A stretch of 22,661 nucleotides of DNA. Origin: Candidatus Methylomirabilia bacterium (GTDB lineage: Bacteria > Methylomirabilota > Methylomirabilia > Rokubacteriales > CSP1-6). The notes below the pieces were generated by a model that worked only from the letters and a program-made list of their open reading frames with translations, made no database searches and was not told the DNA's origin. Both the position numbers and the translations under genes were made by a program. Shown here in pieces: positions 8,218 to 19,577 of this stretch. The DNA is taken from assembly GCA_041497895.1 (NCBI GenBank), contig JBGQHJ010000080.1, forward strand, positions 1-22,661, in the 5' to 3' direction. Positions within the stretch are counted from its first letter, which is position 1, and each line of letters begins with the position of its first letter.

Positions 8218-8312
8218 GGGGACCCTCCTTGCCGAACCGATCCGGTCAGACGGCGTAGGTTCACGCGTACCACCATCGCCCGGCCACGGCAAGCCGCGAG
8301 CAGCGCGGCGGG

Positions 8313-9449
8313 TCAGGCGGTGGCGAGCACCTCGAGGACCGCGGCGCCGAGCAGGCCGACCCGCCAGCCGTGCACGCCCTCGACCTGGCGCAGCGCGGCC
8401 AGGTCCGCGGGCGGGGCGGCGGCCAGGCGGTCGATGAGCCGCTGCGGGAAGAGCACGCCGGGCTCGAGGCCGATCTCCTTGGATGCCTTCGTCCGCCACG
8501 CCCGCAGGGCCTCGGCCCGGCGGCGCATCGCCGCCGGCAGGTGAGGTCGCGGCATCGGACGGTAGACCGGCAGGTCGGCCTCGGGGAGCGCGAGCCCGCG
8601 CGCCACCGCGTCCAGGATGACCGGTCCCATGCGCCGCAGCACCGGCTGGGTGCAGCCCGGGACCGACAGGATGGCCTCGTTGTCGGCGGGCAGGCGCTTG
8701 GCCAGGGCCACCAGGCTCTCGTTGCCCACGATCATGAACGGCGGGCGATCGAGCCGGAGCGCCATGGCCTCGCGGGCAGAGTAGAGCTCGCGCAGCACCG
8801 CGAGCCCGCGCGCGTCGAGCTCGCGCGCGCCTTTGAGCTTCATGTAGGCGTCGGGATCCACCGGCTTCTCGGGCACCGTCAGGGCGGCCAGCGCCGCGCA
8901 CTCCTCCTCCACCCACTGCTCACGGCCGATCGCGCGCAGCTCCTCGAGCAGGCGCTGCCGGAGCGGGATGAGGTGCAGCACGTCGTCGAGCGCGTAGGCC
9001 TCCTGCGGGCCGCTGAGCGGGCGCCGCGACCAGTCGTCCTTCTGGCGCGACTTCACCGCGGTCACGCCGAGGTACTGGGTCAGCAGCCCCTCGAGGCCGA
9101 GCGAGGTCGCCCCCAGGAAGCGCGCGGCCACCGCGGTGTCGAACAGCGAGGTCACCGTGACGCCGTAGAGGCGCTTGAGATAGGCGAGGTCGTTGTCGGC
9201 CGCGTGCAGGACCTTGATCGTGCCCGGAGCGGCCAGCGCCGCGCCCAGCGGAGAGAGGTCGCGGAGGACCAGGGGATCGACCAGGTGTCCACGGCCCCGG
9301 GCGTCGGCCACCTGGACGAGGCAGAGCTTGCCCGGGTAGTGGTGCAGGCTGTCGGCCTCGGTGTCGATCGCCAGGGCCGGGGTGCCCACGAGCTCCGAGG
9401 CCAGCGCGGCGAGCTCGTCGGCGGTCCGGATCCAGAGGGGGAGCGTCAT
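8313..9449 (-). CDS. rnd: Ribonuclease D (DEDDy 3'-5' exonuclease plus HRDC)
   Basis: [33 protein letters not shown] motifs; C-terminal HRDC-like helical domains. Confidence 0.9.
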   Translation of the reverse strand: MTLPLWIRTADELAALASELVGTPALAIDTEADSLHHYPGKLCLVQVADARGRGHLVDPLVLRDLSPLGAALAAPGTIKVLHAADNDLAYLKRLYGVTVTSLFDTAVAARFLGATSLGLEGLLTQYLGVTAVKSRQKDDWSRRPLSGPQEAYALDDVLHLIPLRQRLLEELRAIGREQWVEEECAALAALTVPEKPVDPDAYMKLKGARELDARGLAVLRELYSAREAMALRLDRPPFMIVGNESLVALAKRLPADNEAILSVPGCTQPVLRRMGPVILDAVARGLALPEADLPVYRPMPRPHLPAAMRRRAEALRAWRTKASKEIGLEPGVLFPQRLIDRLAAAPPADLAALRQVEGVHGWRVGLLGAAVLEVLATA

Positions 9450-9458
9450 GGCGGCTCG

Positions 9459-9467
9459 GTTATACTA
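9459..9467. promoter_or_regulatory. Overlapping divergent -10 elements
   Basis: GTTATACTA reads TATACT on + (9461-9466) and TATAAC or TAGTAT on -, within the 54-bp gap between divergent genes. Confidence 0.55.
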
Positions 9468-9503
9468 CACCGTCGGCGACACTCCCCTCCCAGGAGGACG
9501 GCA

Positions 9504-10271
9504 ATGCAGATCGCGGGCTCGACGACGGTGATCACGGGTGGCGCCTCCGGCCTCGGCCGGGCCACCGCGGAGCGGCTTCACGCGGCGGGCGGCTCCGTGG
9601 TGCTGGTGGACCTCGCGCGGTCGGCCGGCAAGGACGTGGCGGCGGGCCTCGGGGACCGGGCGCTCTTCGCTCCCGCGGACGTGACCAGCCCCGACGAGGT
9701 CGGCGCGGCCCTGGAGGCGGCGGTGGCGCGCTTCGGGAGCGTGCAGGGCCTCGTGTGCTGCGCGGGCATCGGCACCGCCGAGAAGACGTTCGGCAAGCGC
9801 GGCCCGGCCGATCTGGCCGCCTTCTCCCGCACCGTCCAGATCAACCTGATCGGCACCTTCAACTGCATCCGGCTGGCCGCGGCCCACATGGCCAGGAACG
9901 CGCCCAACGCGGAGGGCGAGCGCGGGGTCGTGATCAACACCGCGTCGGTCGCGGCCTTCGACGGCCAGATCGGCCAGGCCGCCTACTCCGCGTCCAAGGG
10001 CGGCGTGGTGGGCATGACCCTGCCGATCGCGCGCGATCTCGCCGAGCTCGGCATCCGCGTCTGCACCATCGCGCCCGGCATCTTCGAGACCCCGATGCTG
10101 GCCGGCCTGCCCGAGGCCGCGCGCGCCTCCCTCGGCAAGCAGGTGCCCTTCCCGCCCCGGCTCGGCCGCCCGTCCGAGTACGCGGCCCTCGCCGCTCACA
10201 TCTTCGAGAACGTGATGCTCAACGGCGAGACCATCCGGCTCGACGGGGCCATCCGCATGCAGCCACGCTGA
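9504..10271 (+). CDS. 3-hydroxyacyl-CoA dehydrogenase type II-like SDR (HSD17B10 family)
   Basis: AGGAGG then ATG 9504. [52 protein letters not shown]. Confidence 0.93.
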   Translation: MQIAGSTTVITGGASGLGRATAERLHAAGGSVVLVDLARSAGKDVAAGLGDRALFAPADVTSPDEVGAALEAAVARFGSVQGLVCCAGIGTAEKTFGKRGPADLAAFSRTVQINLIGTFNCIRLAAAHMARNAPNAEGERGVVINTASVAAFDGQIGQAAYSASKGGVVGMTLPIARDLAELGIRVCTIAPGIFETPMLAGLPEAARASLGKQVPFPPRLGRPSEYAALAAHIFENVMLNGETIRLDGAIRMQPR

Positions 10272-10285
10272 CGACAGGAGCGACC

Positions 10286-10537
10286 ATGTACCATCCCACG
10301 ATCTTCTTCGACCCGCAGTTCACCATCGGCGTGATGGCCGGCTGGGTGCTGACCCTGGCCGGCGTCGGCGTCCTGCTGCTGGCCGCGGTGTGGTACTCGT
10401 GCGCGGGCGAGTGGCGCCGGGGGACTCCACCGCCGGGCGCGTTCCGCGCCCTGATCGTCCTCGGCCTGATCGGCTGGCTCGGCGGGCTGCTCTGGCAGTT
10501 CGTCGGCTACTTCGGGACCGGCACCCTCAGCTGGTGA
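10286..10537 (+). CDS. Small hypothetical membrane protein (83 aa, about 2 TM helices)
   Basis: AGGAG then ATG 10286; two hydrophobic segments; GC-rich third codon positions. Confidence 0.75.
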   Translation: MYHPTIFFDPQFTIGVMAGWVLTLAGVGVLLLAAVWYSCAGEWRRGTPPPGAFRALIVLGLIGWLGGLLWQFVGYFGTGTLSW

Positions 10538-10579
10538 GAGCGGACGCCCGCGCGCGATCTCGACTGATCGCGTGAGGCG

Positions 10580-10963
10580 TCAGCCCGCGAGGCACTCGCG
10601 CACCTTCGCGATCAGCCCGTCCGGGCTGAACGGCTTCTGCAGCCAGGCCGTCCACGGCTCCGCGCCGGCCACCCGGCGGTCCGCGCTCTCCGGATAGCCC
10701 GACATGCAGAGCACGCGCAGCTCGGGGCGGCGCGCGCGCAGCTGGCGCGCCAGCTCGGGGCCGCTCATGCGCGGCATGACCACGTCGGTGATCAGCAGAT
10801 CGAGCCGGCCGGAATGGGTCTCGGCGAGCCGCAGCGCGTCGGCCGCGTCCAGCGCCTCCAGCACCGCGTAGCCGTGCATCTCGAGGACGTCGCGGGTGAG
10901 ATCCCGCACGTCCTCCTCGTCCTCGACGATGAGGACCGTCGGACGAGAATCCGAGTCAGCCAC
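10580..10963 (-). CDS. Stand-alone response regulator receiver domain
   Basis: VLIVEDEE, LLITDVVMP (phospho-Asp), MSGY, QKPF. Confidence 0.9.
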   Translation of the reverse strand: MADSDSRPTVLIVEDEEDVRDLTRDVLEMHGYAVLEALDAADALRLAETHSGRLDLLITDVVMPRMSGPELARQLRARRPELRVLCMSGYPESADRRVAGAEPWTAWLQKPFSPDGLIAKVRECLAG

Positions 10964-11055
10964 CGAGATCCCGCCGGAGCCCCTCGGTCACCACTGACCG
11001 CGACCATGCACGGGACACACCTCGCCCGTCTATTCGTAGCCTTACGTAATTTCGG

Positions 11056-11709
11056 TCAACCGTCGACGGTGAGGATGCCGCGGCCGAGCGCGTAGCGGAC
11101 CAGATCCCCCTGCCCGCGGAGGCCGAGCTTGCGCATCAGATTGGCCCGGTGCACCTCGACGGTGCGCGGGCTGATGTTGAGCCGGGCGCCGATCTGGGCG
11201 CTGGTCTGGCCCTCCGCGGCGAGGTGCAGCACCTCGCGCTCCCGCTGGGTCAGGGTGCGGTAGAGATCGAGGCCGGTCGGTACCGCGCGCTGCGCGTAGG
11301 ACTCCACCATCTCCTCGGACAGGGGCGGGCTCAGGTGACGCGATCCGCCCGCGACCGCGCGGATCGCGCGCACCAGCTCGGCCGCGCTCGAGCCCTTGAG
11401 CACGTAGCCGGCCGCCCCGCTCTGCATCGCCTCCACCACGTAGGCGGGGTTGGCGTGCATGGACAGCACGAGGGCCCGCGTGTGCGGCGAGAGCCGCGTG
11501 GCCCGCCGCACGATGTCGGGCGCGTTGAGCCCCGGCATCACGAAATCGACGACGAGCACGTCGGGCTTCACGCGCTCGACCAGCGGCGCCACCTCGAGCC
11601 CGCTCGCCGCCTCGCCCACCACCTCGAAGTCGGGCTCGGCGGCCAGCAGGGCGCGCAGCCCCTGCCGGACCACGTGGTGGTCCTCGGCGAGGACGATCCG
11701 GATGCTCAC
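11056..11709 (-). CDS. NarL/LuxR-family DNA-binding response regulator
   Basis: GTG 11709 overlaps the kinase stop (GTGA). AEDHH, VVDFVMP, GYVLK; HTH LTQREREVL...ISPRTVEVHRANLMRKL. Confidence 0.95.
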   Translation of the reverse strand: MSIRIVLAEDHHVVRQGLRALLAAEPDFEVVGEAASGLEVAPLVERVKPDVLVVDFVMPGLNAPDIVRRATRLSPHTRALVLSMHANPAYVVEAMQSGAAGYVLKGSSAAELVRAIRAVAGGSRHLSPPLSEEMVESYAQRAVPTGLDLYRTLTQREREVLHLAAEGQTSAQIGARLNISPRTVEVHRANLMRKLGLRGQGDLVRYALGRGILTVDG

Positions 11710-14399
11710 TCGGCCACCCGCCGGAGCGAGCCGTCGATCGGCACCTCCGCGGTCAGTCGCACGCCGCCGCCCGGCTTGGTCTCCACCGTCAGGTGCCCGC
11801 TCAGGAGCGCGGCGCGCTCGCGCAGCCCGGCCAGGCCGCCGCTCCCGCCGTTGCCCAGCACCGTGTCCGGGTCGAAGCCCTGGCCGTGGTCCTCGACCTG
11901 CACCCCCACGACGTCGTGGGTGGCCCAGAGCCGCACCGTCACCTCGTCGACCCCGCTGTGGCGGGCCACGTTGGTGAGGGCCTCCTGCACGATGCGATAC
12001 ACGCCGGTCTCGGTCTCGGGATCGAATCGCTGGTCGAGCCCGTGGTGCTCGAGGCGCACGTGCACCTTGGTCTGGCTCGTGTAGCGCTCGACGTGCCCGA
12101 GCAGGGCCGGCAGGAGACCCAGGTCGTCGAGGATGCTCGGGCGCAGATCGAGCGACAGCGCGCGGACCCGGTCCAGCAGCTCCTCGACCAGGCTGCGCGC
12201 CTGCTCGAGACGCTCGCCCATCGCGGAGGACGGCGGCTCGGGCAGGTCGAGGGTCAGGCGCAGGCCGGTGAGGAGCTGGCCGATCTCGTCGTGCAGCTCG
12301 CGCGCGAGGTGCCGGCGCTCCGCCTCCTGGACCTCCATCAGCCGCCCGGAGAGACCATGGAGCCGCTGGTAGAGCGTGGCGTTCTGGATCGCCACCGCGG
12401 CGTGATCGGCCAGGCGCATCAGGATCGCCTCGTCGCGATCGGTGAAGGCGCGCGCGGTCCGGTTCTCCACGTAGAGCAGCCCCTCGACCTGGCCGCTGAT
12501 CCAGATCGGCACCACCAGGGTGGTGACGACGCCCTCCCGCGCCACCGTCTCCGCGTAGTGGGCACTCACCCGCGGATCGGTCGGGCGGTTCTCGGTCCGG
12601 AACGGCCGCCCGGTGCTCCACGCGGTGCCGCCCGCCCCCTTGCCCCGCTCGATGCGCGTCGTGTAGGCGGCGTTGTGTCCCACCCCGTACTGCGCCGACA
12701 TGGTGTCGGTCTCCGCGTCGCGGAGCAGGATGTGGGCGATGTCGCTGCCGCAGAGCTCCCGGGCCGCCGCGGCCACGTGGCGCATGACCGCGGCGAGATC
12801 GAGGGTCGCGCTGATCGTGCGCACCAGGCCCGAGAGGGTCTCGCCCTCCAGGCGACGCTGCTCGGCGTCGGCGTAGAGGCGCGCGTTCTCGAGCGCGACC
12901 GACGCCTGGTCGGCCAGGGCCCGGGCGAGCTGCACGTCCTCCACGCTGAAGATGCGGCCCGCCACGTCCACCAGGCCGAGCGCGCCGACCACCTGCTCCT
13001 TGACGGTCAGGGGCACCGCCATCACCGCGCGCAGCGTCGTCTCCTCGACGTGCGCGCGCACCTCCGGGGCCAGCTGGAGCCGTGGGTCCAGCAGCACGTC
13101 GTTGGACACGACGGCGCGCCGCTCCATCGCCGCGAGCCCCACCGCGCCGGTGCCGCGCGGGTGGCGCAACGGCCGATCGCGTCCGGCCGGGCCGCCCGCG
13201 CGCGCGGTCTCCTCGAGCGCCCCGGTGGCCGGGTCCAGGTGGTAGAGGGCCGCGGACACCACGCCGAGCAGGTCACGCGCGGAGTCCACCACCCGCTGGG
13301 CCACCCCGACCGGGTGCAGCGACTCGGCGAGGGTCTGGCTCACCGCGCCGAGGGCGAGGCTCTGCCACCGTCTCCGCTCGGCCTCCTCGAAGAGGCGCGC
13401 GTTCTCGAGCGCCACCGCCGCCTGGTCGGCGAAGGTCTGGGCCAGCCGCAGGTCGTCGTCCGAATAGGTGCGGCCGAGCGTGTCTCCGACCGTGAAGCCG
13501 CCCACCACCTGCCCCTTCACCACGAGCGGCAGCGACAGCACCGAGGGGCAGACCGCGTGCCCCGGGCGCATGTCCGGCGTGCACCTCACCCGGGTGTCCA
13601 CGCGGATGTCGGGGGTGATCACCGGCTGGCGGCGGTTGACCGCGAGGCCGACCATCCCGTGGCCGGCCGGGATGACGAAGCCCGGGTCGAGGAAACGCTC
13701 CGCCTCGCCGGAGCGCCCGATCACTTCGAGGTCGCCCGAGGCCGGCACCAGCCGGTAAAGGGCGGCGGCGCGGACCTGGAGCGCGCGCAGCACCACGTCG
13801 GCGATGCGCTGCCCGAGCGCGCCCACGTCGAAGGTCTCGGACAGGAAGCGCCAGACCTCGGACAGCGCCTCGGCGGCGCGGCGCCGCGTCTCGCTCTCCG
13901 CGAAGAGCCGCGCGTTGCCGATCGCGACCGCGGCGTGGCTCGCGAGCATGTCGACGATCTCGCGCTCCTCCGCGGTCGGCTGCTCGCGATCCGTGAGCGC
14001 CACGCTCAGCACGCCCATCAGCTCGCCGCCCGCCCTGATCGGGACCCCGTAGTAGACCTTGAGCGCCGGGTCCTCGCGCCACATCGGCGACACGAGCCGC
14101 GGATCGCCCACCGCGTCGGGCAGGAGCATCGGGCGGCCGCTCTGGGCCACCGCGTGGGTGATCCCGTGGCCGAACGGGATGACCGAGGCCACCCGGTGGC
14201 CCTCGCCTCCACTCATCGCGGCGAGCCGGTAGCCGCCCCGCTCCAGGTCCACCAGCCTGACCACGCAGGACGCGCCGGGGCGCAGGGCCCGCACCGCCTC
14301 CACGACCTGGCGGAGCACCGCGTCCGTGTCGAGGGTGCCCGCGACCGAGCGTGCGAGGCTCGCCACCTGGCGCAGCCGGGCGAGCGAGACATCCGGCAA
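11706..14399 (-). CDS. Soluble sensor histidine kinase: 4 GAF domains, HisKA_3 and HATPase
   Basis: Four repeats ending in AVA(I/L)xNAxL(F/Y)-like motifs; ERRHLARELHDEIGQ; QEALTNVARHS; DHGQGF. Likely start is TTG 14399, 8 nt after AAGGAGG; the ORF is open to 14501. Confidence 0.92.
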   Translation of the reverse strand: MPDVSLARLRQVASLARSVAGTLDTDAVLRQVVEAVRALRPGASCVVRLVDLERGGYRLAAMSGGEGHRVASVIPFGHGITHAVAQSGRPMLLPDAVGDPRLVSPMWREDPALKVYYGVPIRAGGELMGVLSVALTDREQPTAEEREIVDMLASHAAVAIGNARLFAESETRRRAAEALSEVWRFLSETFDVGALGQRIADVVLRALQVRAAALYRLVPASGDLEVIGRSGEAERFLDPGFVIPAGHGMVGLAVNRRQPVITPDIRVDTRVRCTPDMRPGHAVCPSVLSLPLVVKGQVVGGFTVGDTLGRTYSDDDLRLAQTFADQAAVALENARLFEEAERRRWQSLALGAVSQTLAESLHPVGVAQRVVDSARDLLGVVSAALYHLDPATGALEETARAGGPAGRDRPLRHPRGTGAVGLAAMERRAVVSNDVLLDPRLQLAPEVRAHVEETTLRAVMAVPLTVKEQVVGALGLVDVAGRIFSVEDVQLARALADQASVALENARLYADAEQRRLEGETLSGLVRTISATLDLAAVMRHVAAAARELCGSDIAHILLRDAETDTMSAQYGVGHNAAYTTRIERGKGAGGTAWSTGRPFRTENRPTDPRVSAHYAETVAREGVVTTLVVPIWISGQVEGLLYVENRTARAFTDRDEAILMRLADHAAVAIQNATLYQRLHGLSGRLMEVQEAERRHLARELHDEIGQLLTGLRLTLDLPEPPSSAMGERLEQARSLVEELLDRVRALSLDLRPSILDDLGLLPALLGHVERYTSQTKVHVRLEHHGLDQRFDPETETGVYRIVQEALTNVARHSGVDEVTVRLWATHDVVGVQVEDHGQGFDPDTVLGNGGSGGLAGLRERAALLSGHLTVETKPGGGVRLTAEVPIDGSLRRVAE

Positions 14400-14475
14400 G
14401 GCCGGCACCTCCTTCAGGATCGAAAATGACGCTCCGCTCCGTCCGGGCGCGACGGGGGAAGCCGGAACCGTGACG

Positions 14476-15627
14476 TTAGCGGTCGGGTTGCGCGGTGTCA
14501 AGCCGCGGGAACCGGTCGAGCCGGAGGTCCGAGAGATCGACCGCGGTCCGCCCGTCCAGCAGCAGCCCGGCCACCGTCTCCCCCACCGCGGGCGAGTGCT
14601 GGAAGCCGTGGCCGCAGAAGCCCACCGCGAGATAGAGCCCGTCGACGCCCGGGGCCCAGTCGAGGATGGCCCGGCCGTCCGGGGTGAGCGGGCGCAGGCC
14701 GGCCCACGCGTGGCGCACCCGCGCCCGCTCGAGCGCCGGGATACGCCGTACCGCCTTCTCGACCGCGGCCTCGAGCACGCTCCAGTCCACCTGCGGATCG
14801 TAGGAGGTGGACTCCCCGATGTCGCCCGGGCTCATCAGCACCGCGCCCTGCTCGCTCCGGCAGTAGAAGCCACTGCCGCAATCGGTGACGAGCGGCAGCG
14901 GATGCCGGATGCCGTCGAAGGCGTCGGTCACGAAGATGTGGCGGCGCCGGGGGTCCACCGGCAGGTCGAGGCCGGCCATGCGGCCGACCAGCGGGGCCCA
15001 GGGCCCGGCCGCGTTGACGACCAGGCGCGTGGCGATGGCGCCCCCGGGCGTGTCGACCGCGGCCACGCGGCCGCCCTCCACCCGGATACCGGTCACCGGC
15101 GTGCCTTCGAGGATGCGCACGCCGCGCGCCCGGGCCTGCGCCGCGTAGGCCTGGACCACGTCGTTCGGTGACGCGTAGCCGTCGGCCGGGCCCCACACCG
15201 CGGCGAGCGCGTCGTCCACCACCAGCGAGGGCACGAGCGCGCGGGCGTCGTCGGGCCCGATGATGCGCACGTCCGCTCCGAGGCTCCGCTGGAGCGCCAC
15301 GTTGGTCCGGAAGCGGGCCAGCGTGGCCTCGTCGGTGACCACGAAGAGGTAGCCCTCCTGGTGGAAATCGCACGGCGCCCCCATCTCGTCCTCGAAGCGC
15401 TCGAAGAACGCGATGCCCCGCTGCGAGAACTCGATCTCCACCCGCGTCGCGAACTGCACCCGGATGCCGCCCGCCGCCTTGCTGGTGGAGCCCGCGCCGA
15501 CCAGGTCGCGCTCCAACACCACCACGTCGCGGGCCCCGCGCCGGGCCAGGTGGTACGCGATGCTCGCGCCGATGGCGCCGGCCCCGATCACGACGATGTC
15601 GGCCGCGCGCGGAAGGGCCGGGCTCAC
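14476..15627 (-). CDS. FAD-dependent oxidoreductase (DAO/sarcosine oxidase beta/glycine oxidase family)
   Basis: VIGAGAIG, GSTSKAAGG, VNAAGPW, WAGLRPLTPDG, GHGFQHSP. Confidence 0.92.
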   Translation of the reverse strand: MSPALPRAADIVVIGAGAIGASIAYHLARRGARDVVVLERDLVGAGSTSKAAGGIRVQFATRVEIEFSQRGIAFFERFEDEMGAPCDFHQEGYLFVVTDEATLARFRTNVALQRSLGADVRIIGPDDARALVPSLVVDDALAAVWGPADGYASPNDVVQAYAAQARARGVRILEGTPVTGIRVEGGRVAAVDTPGGAIATRLVVNAAGPWAPLVGRMAGLDLPVDPRRRHIFVTDAFDGIRHPLPLVTDCGSGFYCRSEQGAVLMSPGDIGESTSYDPQVDWSVLEAAVEKAVRRIPALERARVRHAWAGLRPLTPDGRAILDWAPGVDGLYLAVGFCGHGFQHSPAVGETVAGLLLDGRTAVDLSDLRLDRFPRLDTAQPDR

Positions 15628-15687
15628 GCGTTCGCCTCTGCGGGAACGCGCCGCGGCCGCGCGCGCTCGGGCATCACCGGGTCGAGG

Positions 15688-16320
15688 TCAATAGAGGCCC
15701 TTGCGGAGGCGGTCTTCCATGTCGCGCTCGTAGTCGTCGGCGCTGCACTGGGCGGTCGCCTTGAGGTCGATCTGGTCCCACAGGATCTTGGCCATCGAGG
15801 GCAGGCCCGCCACGTCGGGCCAGCGCTCCCGGTCCCAGAGGCCGGAGCGCTTGAAGGCCTTCGCGCAGTGGAGGAAGCACTCCTCGACCTCGACTCCGAT
15901 CGCCACCTTGGGCTGCTTGCCCTGCACCTCCAGCCGGCCCAGGATCTCCCCGTCGCGGAGGATGCACGCGCGACCGTTCACGCGTAGGGTGTCCTCCCGG
16001 CCCGGGATCAGGAAGATCATCCCGAGGTGCGGGTTCTCCACGATGTTGGTCAGCCCGTCGATGCGGTTGTTGCCGACCCGGTCCGGGATGACGAGGTGGG
16101 TGTCGTCGAGCACCATCACGAAGCCGGGCGCGTCCCCCTTCGGAGAGACGTCACAGCGGCCCGCGCGGTTGGACGTGGCGAGCAGCACGAAGGGCGAGCG
16201 GGCGATGAACTCGCGGGTGTGCACGTCGAGGTGCGCGCGCTCCTTGAGCACCGCGCGCTCGCCGGGCGCTCCGTAGATGGCCCGCAGCTCCTCGCGGGAC
16301 GTCACGATGTCCTTGAACAT
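15688..16320 (-). CDS. Pyridoxamine 5'-phosphate oxidase-like FMN-binding protein
   Basis: AGGAG then ATG 16320. DVSPKGDAPGF, PDRVGNNRID, LRVNGRA, HCAKAFKRSGLW. Confidence 0.88.
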   Translation of the reverse strand: MFKDIVTSREELRAIYGAPGERAVLKERAHLDVHTREFIARSPFVLLATSNRAGRCDVSPKGDAPGFVMVLDDTHLVIPDRVGNNRIDGLTNIVENPHLGMIFLIPGREDTLRVNGRACILRDGEILGRLEVQGKQPKVAIGVEVEECFLHCAKAFKRSGLWDRERWPDVAGLPSMAKILWDQIDLKATAQCSADDYERDMEDRLRKGLY

Positions 16321-16328
16321 GCGATCTC

Positions 16329-18008
<1,680 letters not shown>

Positions 18009-18017
18009 AGACCGGGA

Positions 18018-18023
18018 ATTATA
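18018..18023 (-). promoter_or_regulatory. -10 box TATAAT of ettA
   Basis: Perfect TATAAT 9 nt before the ATG; no Shine-Dalgarno in between. Confidence 0.65.
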
Positions 18024-18044
18024 CCGGCGAAGTGGCGTTTAGGA

Positions 18045-18073
18045 TTGACAAAAGCACGACCGGCCCCTATAAG
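18045..18073 (+). promoter_or_regulatory. Sigma70-type promoter of the ABC transporter operon
   Basis: TTGACA (18045-18050), 17-nt spacer, TATAAG (18068-18073). Confidence 0.75.
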
Positions 18074-18081
18074 TACGAACC

Positions 18082-18864
18082 GTGACGCCGGCCGTGGGTG
18101 CCGACCTCCTGTCCGTTCGAAACATCTCGATGCGTTTCGGGGGTATCGTCGCCCTCGACGACGTCTCCTTCGACATGGCCCCGGGCCACATCGTCGGGCT
18201 CATCGGTCCGAACGGGGCGGGCAAGACCACGCTCTTCAACTGCGTGAGCCGCCTCTACACCCCGAACAGCGGCGACCTCGTCTTCGAGGGCAAGTCCATC
18301 ATCAAGAACACGCCGCACCACGTGGCCGCGCTCGGCATCGGGCGCACGTTCCAGAACCTCGCCCTGTTCCCGACCATGACCGTGCTGCAGAACGTGATGG
18401 TGGGCGTGCACGCGCGCACCGGCAGCGACTTCCTCAGCAACGCGCTGCGGCTGCCGTCGGTCAAGCGCGAGGAGCGGATGATGCACGAGGCGGCGATGGA
18501 GGTCATCGCCTTCCTCGGCCTCGACCCGGTCGTCGGGCATCCCGCAGCCGGCCTGTCGTTCGGCACGCTCAAGCGGGTGGAGCTGGCGCGGGCCCTGGCC
18601 GGCAATCCCAAGCTGCTCCTGGTGGACGAGCCGGCGGGCGGCCTGAACCACGAGGAGGTCGCGGCGCTCGGCGACGTCCTGCGCTCGATCCGCGATCGCC
18701 GCGGGGTGACCGTCCTCCTCGTCGAGCATCACATGAGCCTGGTCATGCAGGTGTCCGATCGGGTGGTCGTGCTCGACTTCGGTCGCAAGATCGCGGAGGG
18801 CCCGCCGGCGGTGGTGCAGCGCGATCCGGACGTCATCCGGGCGTACCTGGGAAGCGAGAACTGA
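18082..18864 (+). CDS. livG: Branched-chain amino acid-type ABC transporter ATP-binding protein
   Basis: [29 protein letters not shown]. Confidence 0.93.
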   Translation: MTPAVGADLLSVRNISMRFGGIVALDDVSFDMAPGHIVGLIGPNGAGKTTLFNCVSRLYTPNSGDLVFEGKSIIKNTPHHVAALGIGRTFQNLALFPTMTVLQNVMVGVHARTGSDFLSNALRLPSVKREERMMHEAAMEVIAFLGLDPVVGHPAAGLSFGTLKRVELARALAGNPKLLLVDEPAGGLNHEEVAALGDVLRSIRDRRGVTVLLVEHHMSLVMQVSDRVVVLDFGRKIAEGPPAVVQRDPDVIRAYLGSEN

Positions 18865-19577
18865 TGCCGGCCCTGCTGGAGGCGGAGGACCTGGCGGCGC
18901 AGTACGGCTGGACCAAGGTGCTCCACGGACTCTCGTTCGCGGTGGAGACCGGCGGGATCACCACGATCCTGGGCGCCAACGGGGCCGGCAAGACCACGAC
19001 GCTTCGGGCGGTCTGCAGCATGGTGAAGACCAGCGGCCAGGTACGCTTCGACGGCCAGCGGATCGACGGCAAGGCCACCGAGGACATCGTGCGCCTCGGC
19101 ATCGCCCACACCCCGGAGGGCCGCGGGACCTTCGTGGACCTGACCGTCGAGGAGAACCTCCGCCTCGGCGCCTACGCGCGGCGCGAGAAGTCGAGCCTCG
19201 GCCAGGACTACGACAAGGTCTACGCCTACTTCCCGGTCCTCGCGCAGCGGCGGCGGCAGCAGGCGGGTACGCTGTCGGGCGGCGAGCAGCAGATGCTGGC
19301 GGTCGCGCGGGCGCTCATGTCTCGCCCCCGCCTGCTGCTGCTGGACGAGCCCTCGCTCGGCCTGGCCCCGCTGGTGGTGCGGGAGATCTTCCGCATCGTC
19401 CGGACAGTCAATCAGCAGGAGGGAGTGAGCGTCCTGCTCGTGGAGCAGAACGCAGCGATGGCCCTCGATCTGGCCGACCACGCCTACCTCCTCGAGACCG
19501 GCCGCGTCGTCATGTCGGGCCCGGCCGCCGAGCTCAAGAAGAACGACGCCATCCGTCGCTCCTACCTCGGCTACTGA
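18864..19577 (+). CDS. livF: Branched-chain amino acid-type ABC transporter ATP-binding protein
   Basis: ATG overlaps the livG stop (TGATG). GANGAGKT, PEGRG, LSGGEQQM, DEPSLGLAP. Confidence 0.93.
   Translation: MPALLEAEDLAAQYGWTKVLHGLSFAVETGGITTILGANGAGKTTTLRAVCSMVKTSGQVRFDGQRIDGKATEDIVRLGIAHTPEGRGTFVDLTVEENLRLGAYARREKSSLGQDYDKVYAYFPVLAQRRRQQAGTLSGGEQQMLAVARALMSRPRLLLLDEPSLGLAPLVVREIFRIVRTVNQQEGVSVLLVEQNAAMALDLADHAYLLETGRVVMSGPAAELKKNDAIRRSYLGY

Noticed and set aside
8218..8916. N-terminal extension of the membrane protein to 551 aa
   Set aside because: It overlaps rnd in another frame, and a strong SD supports ATG 8217.
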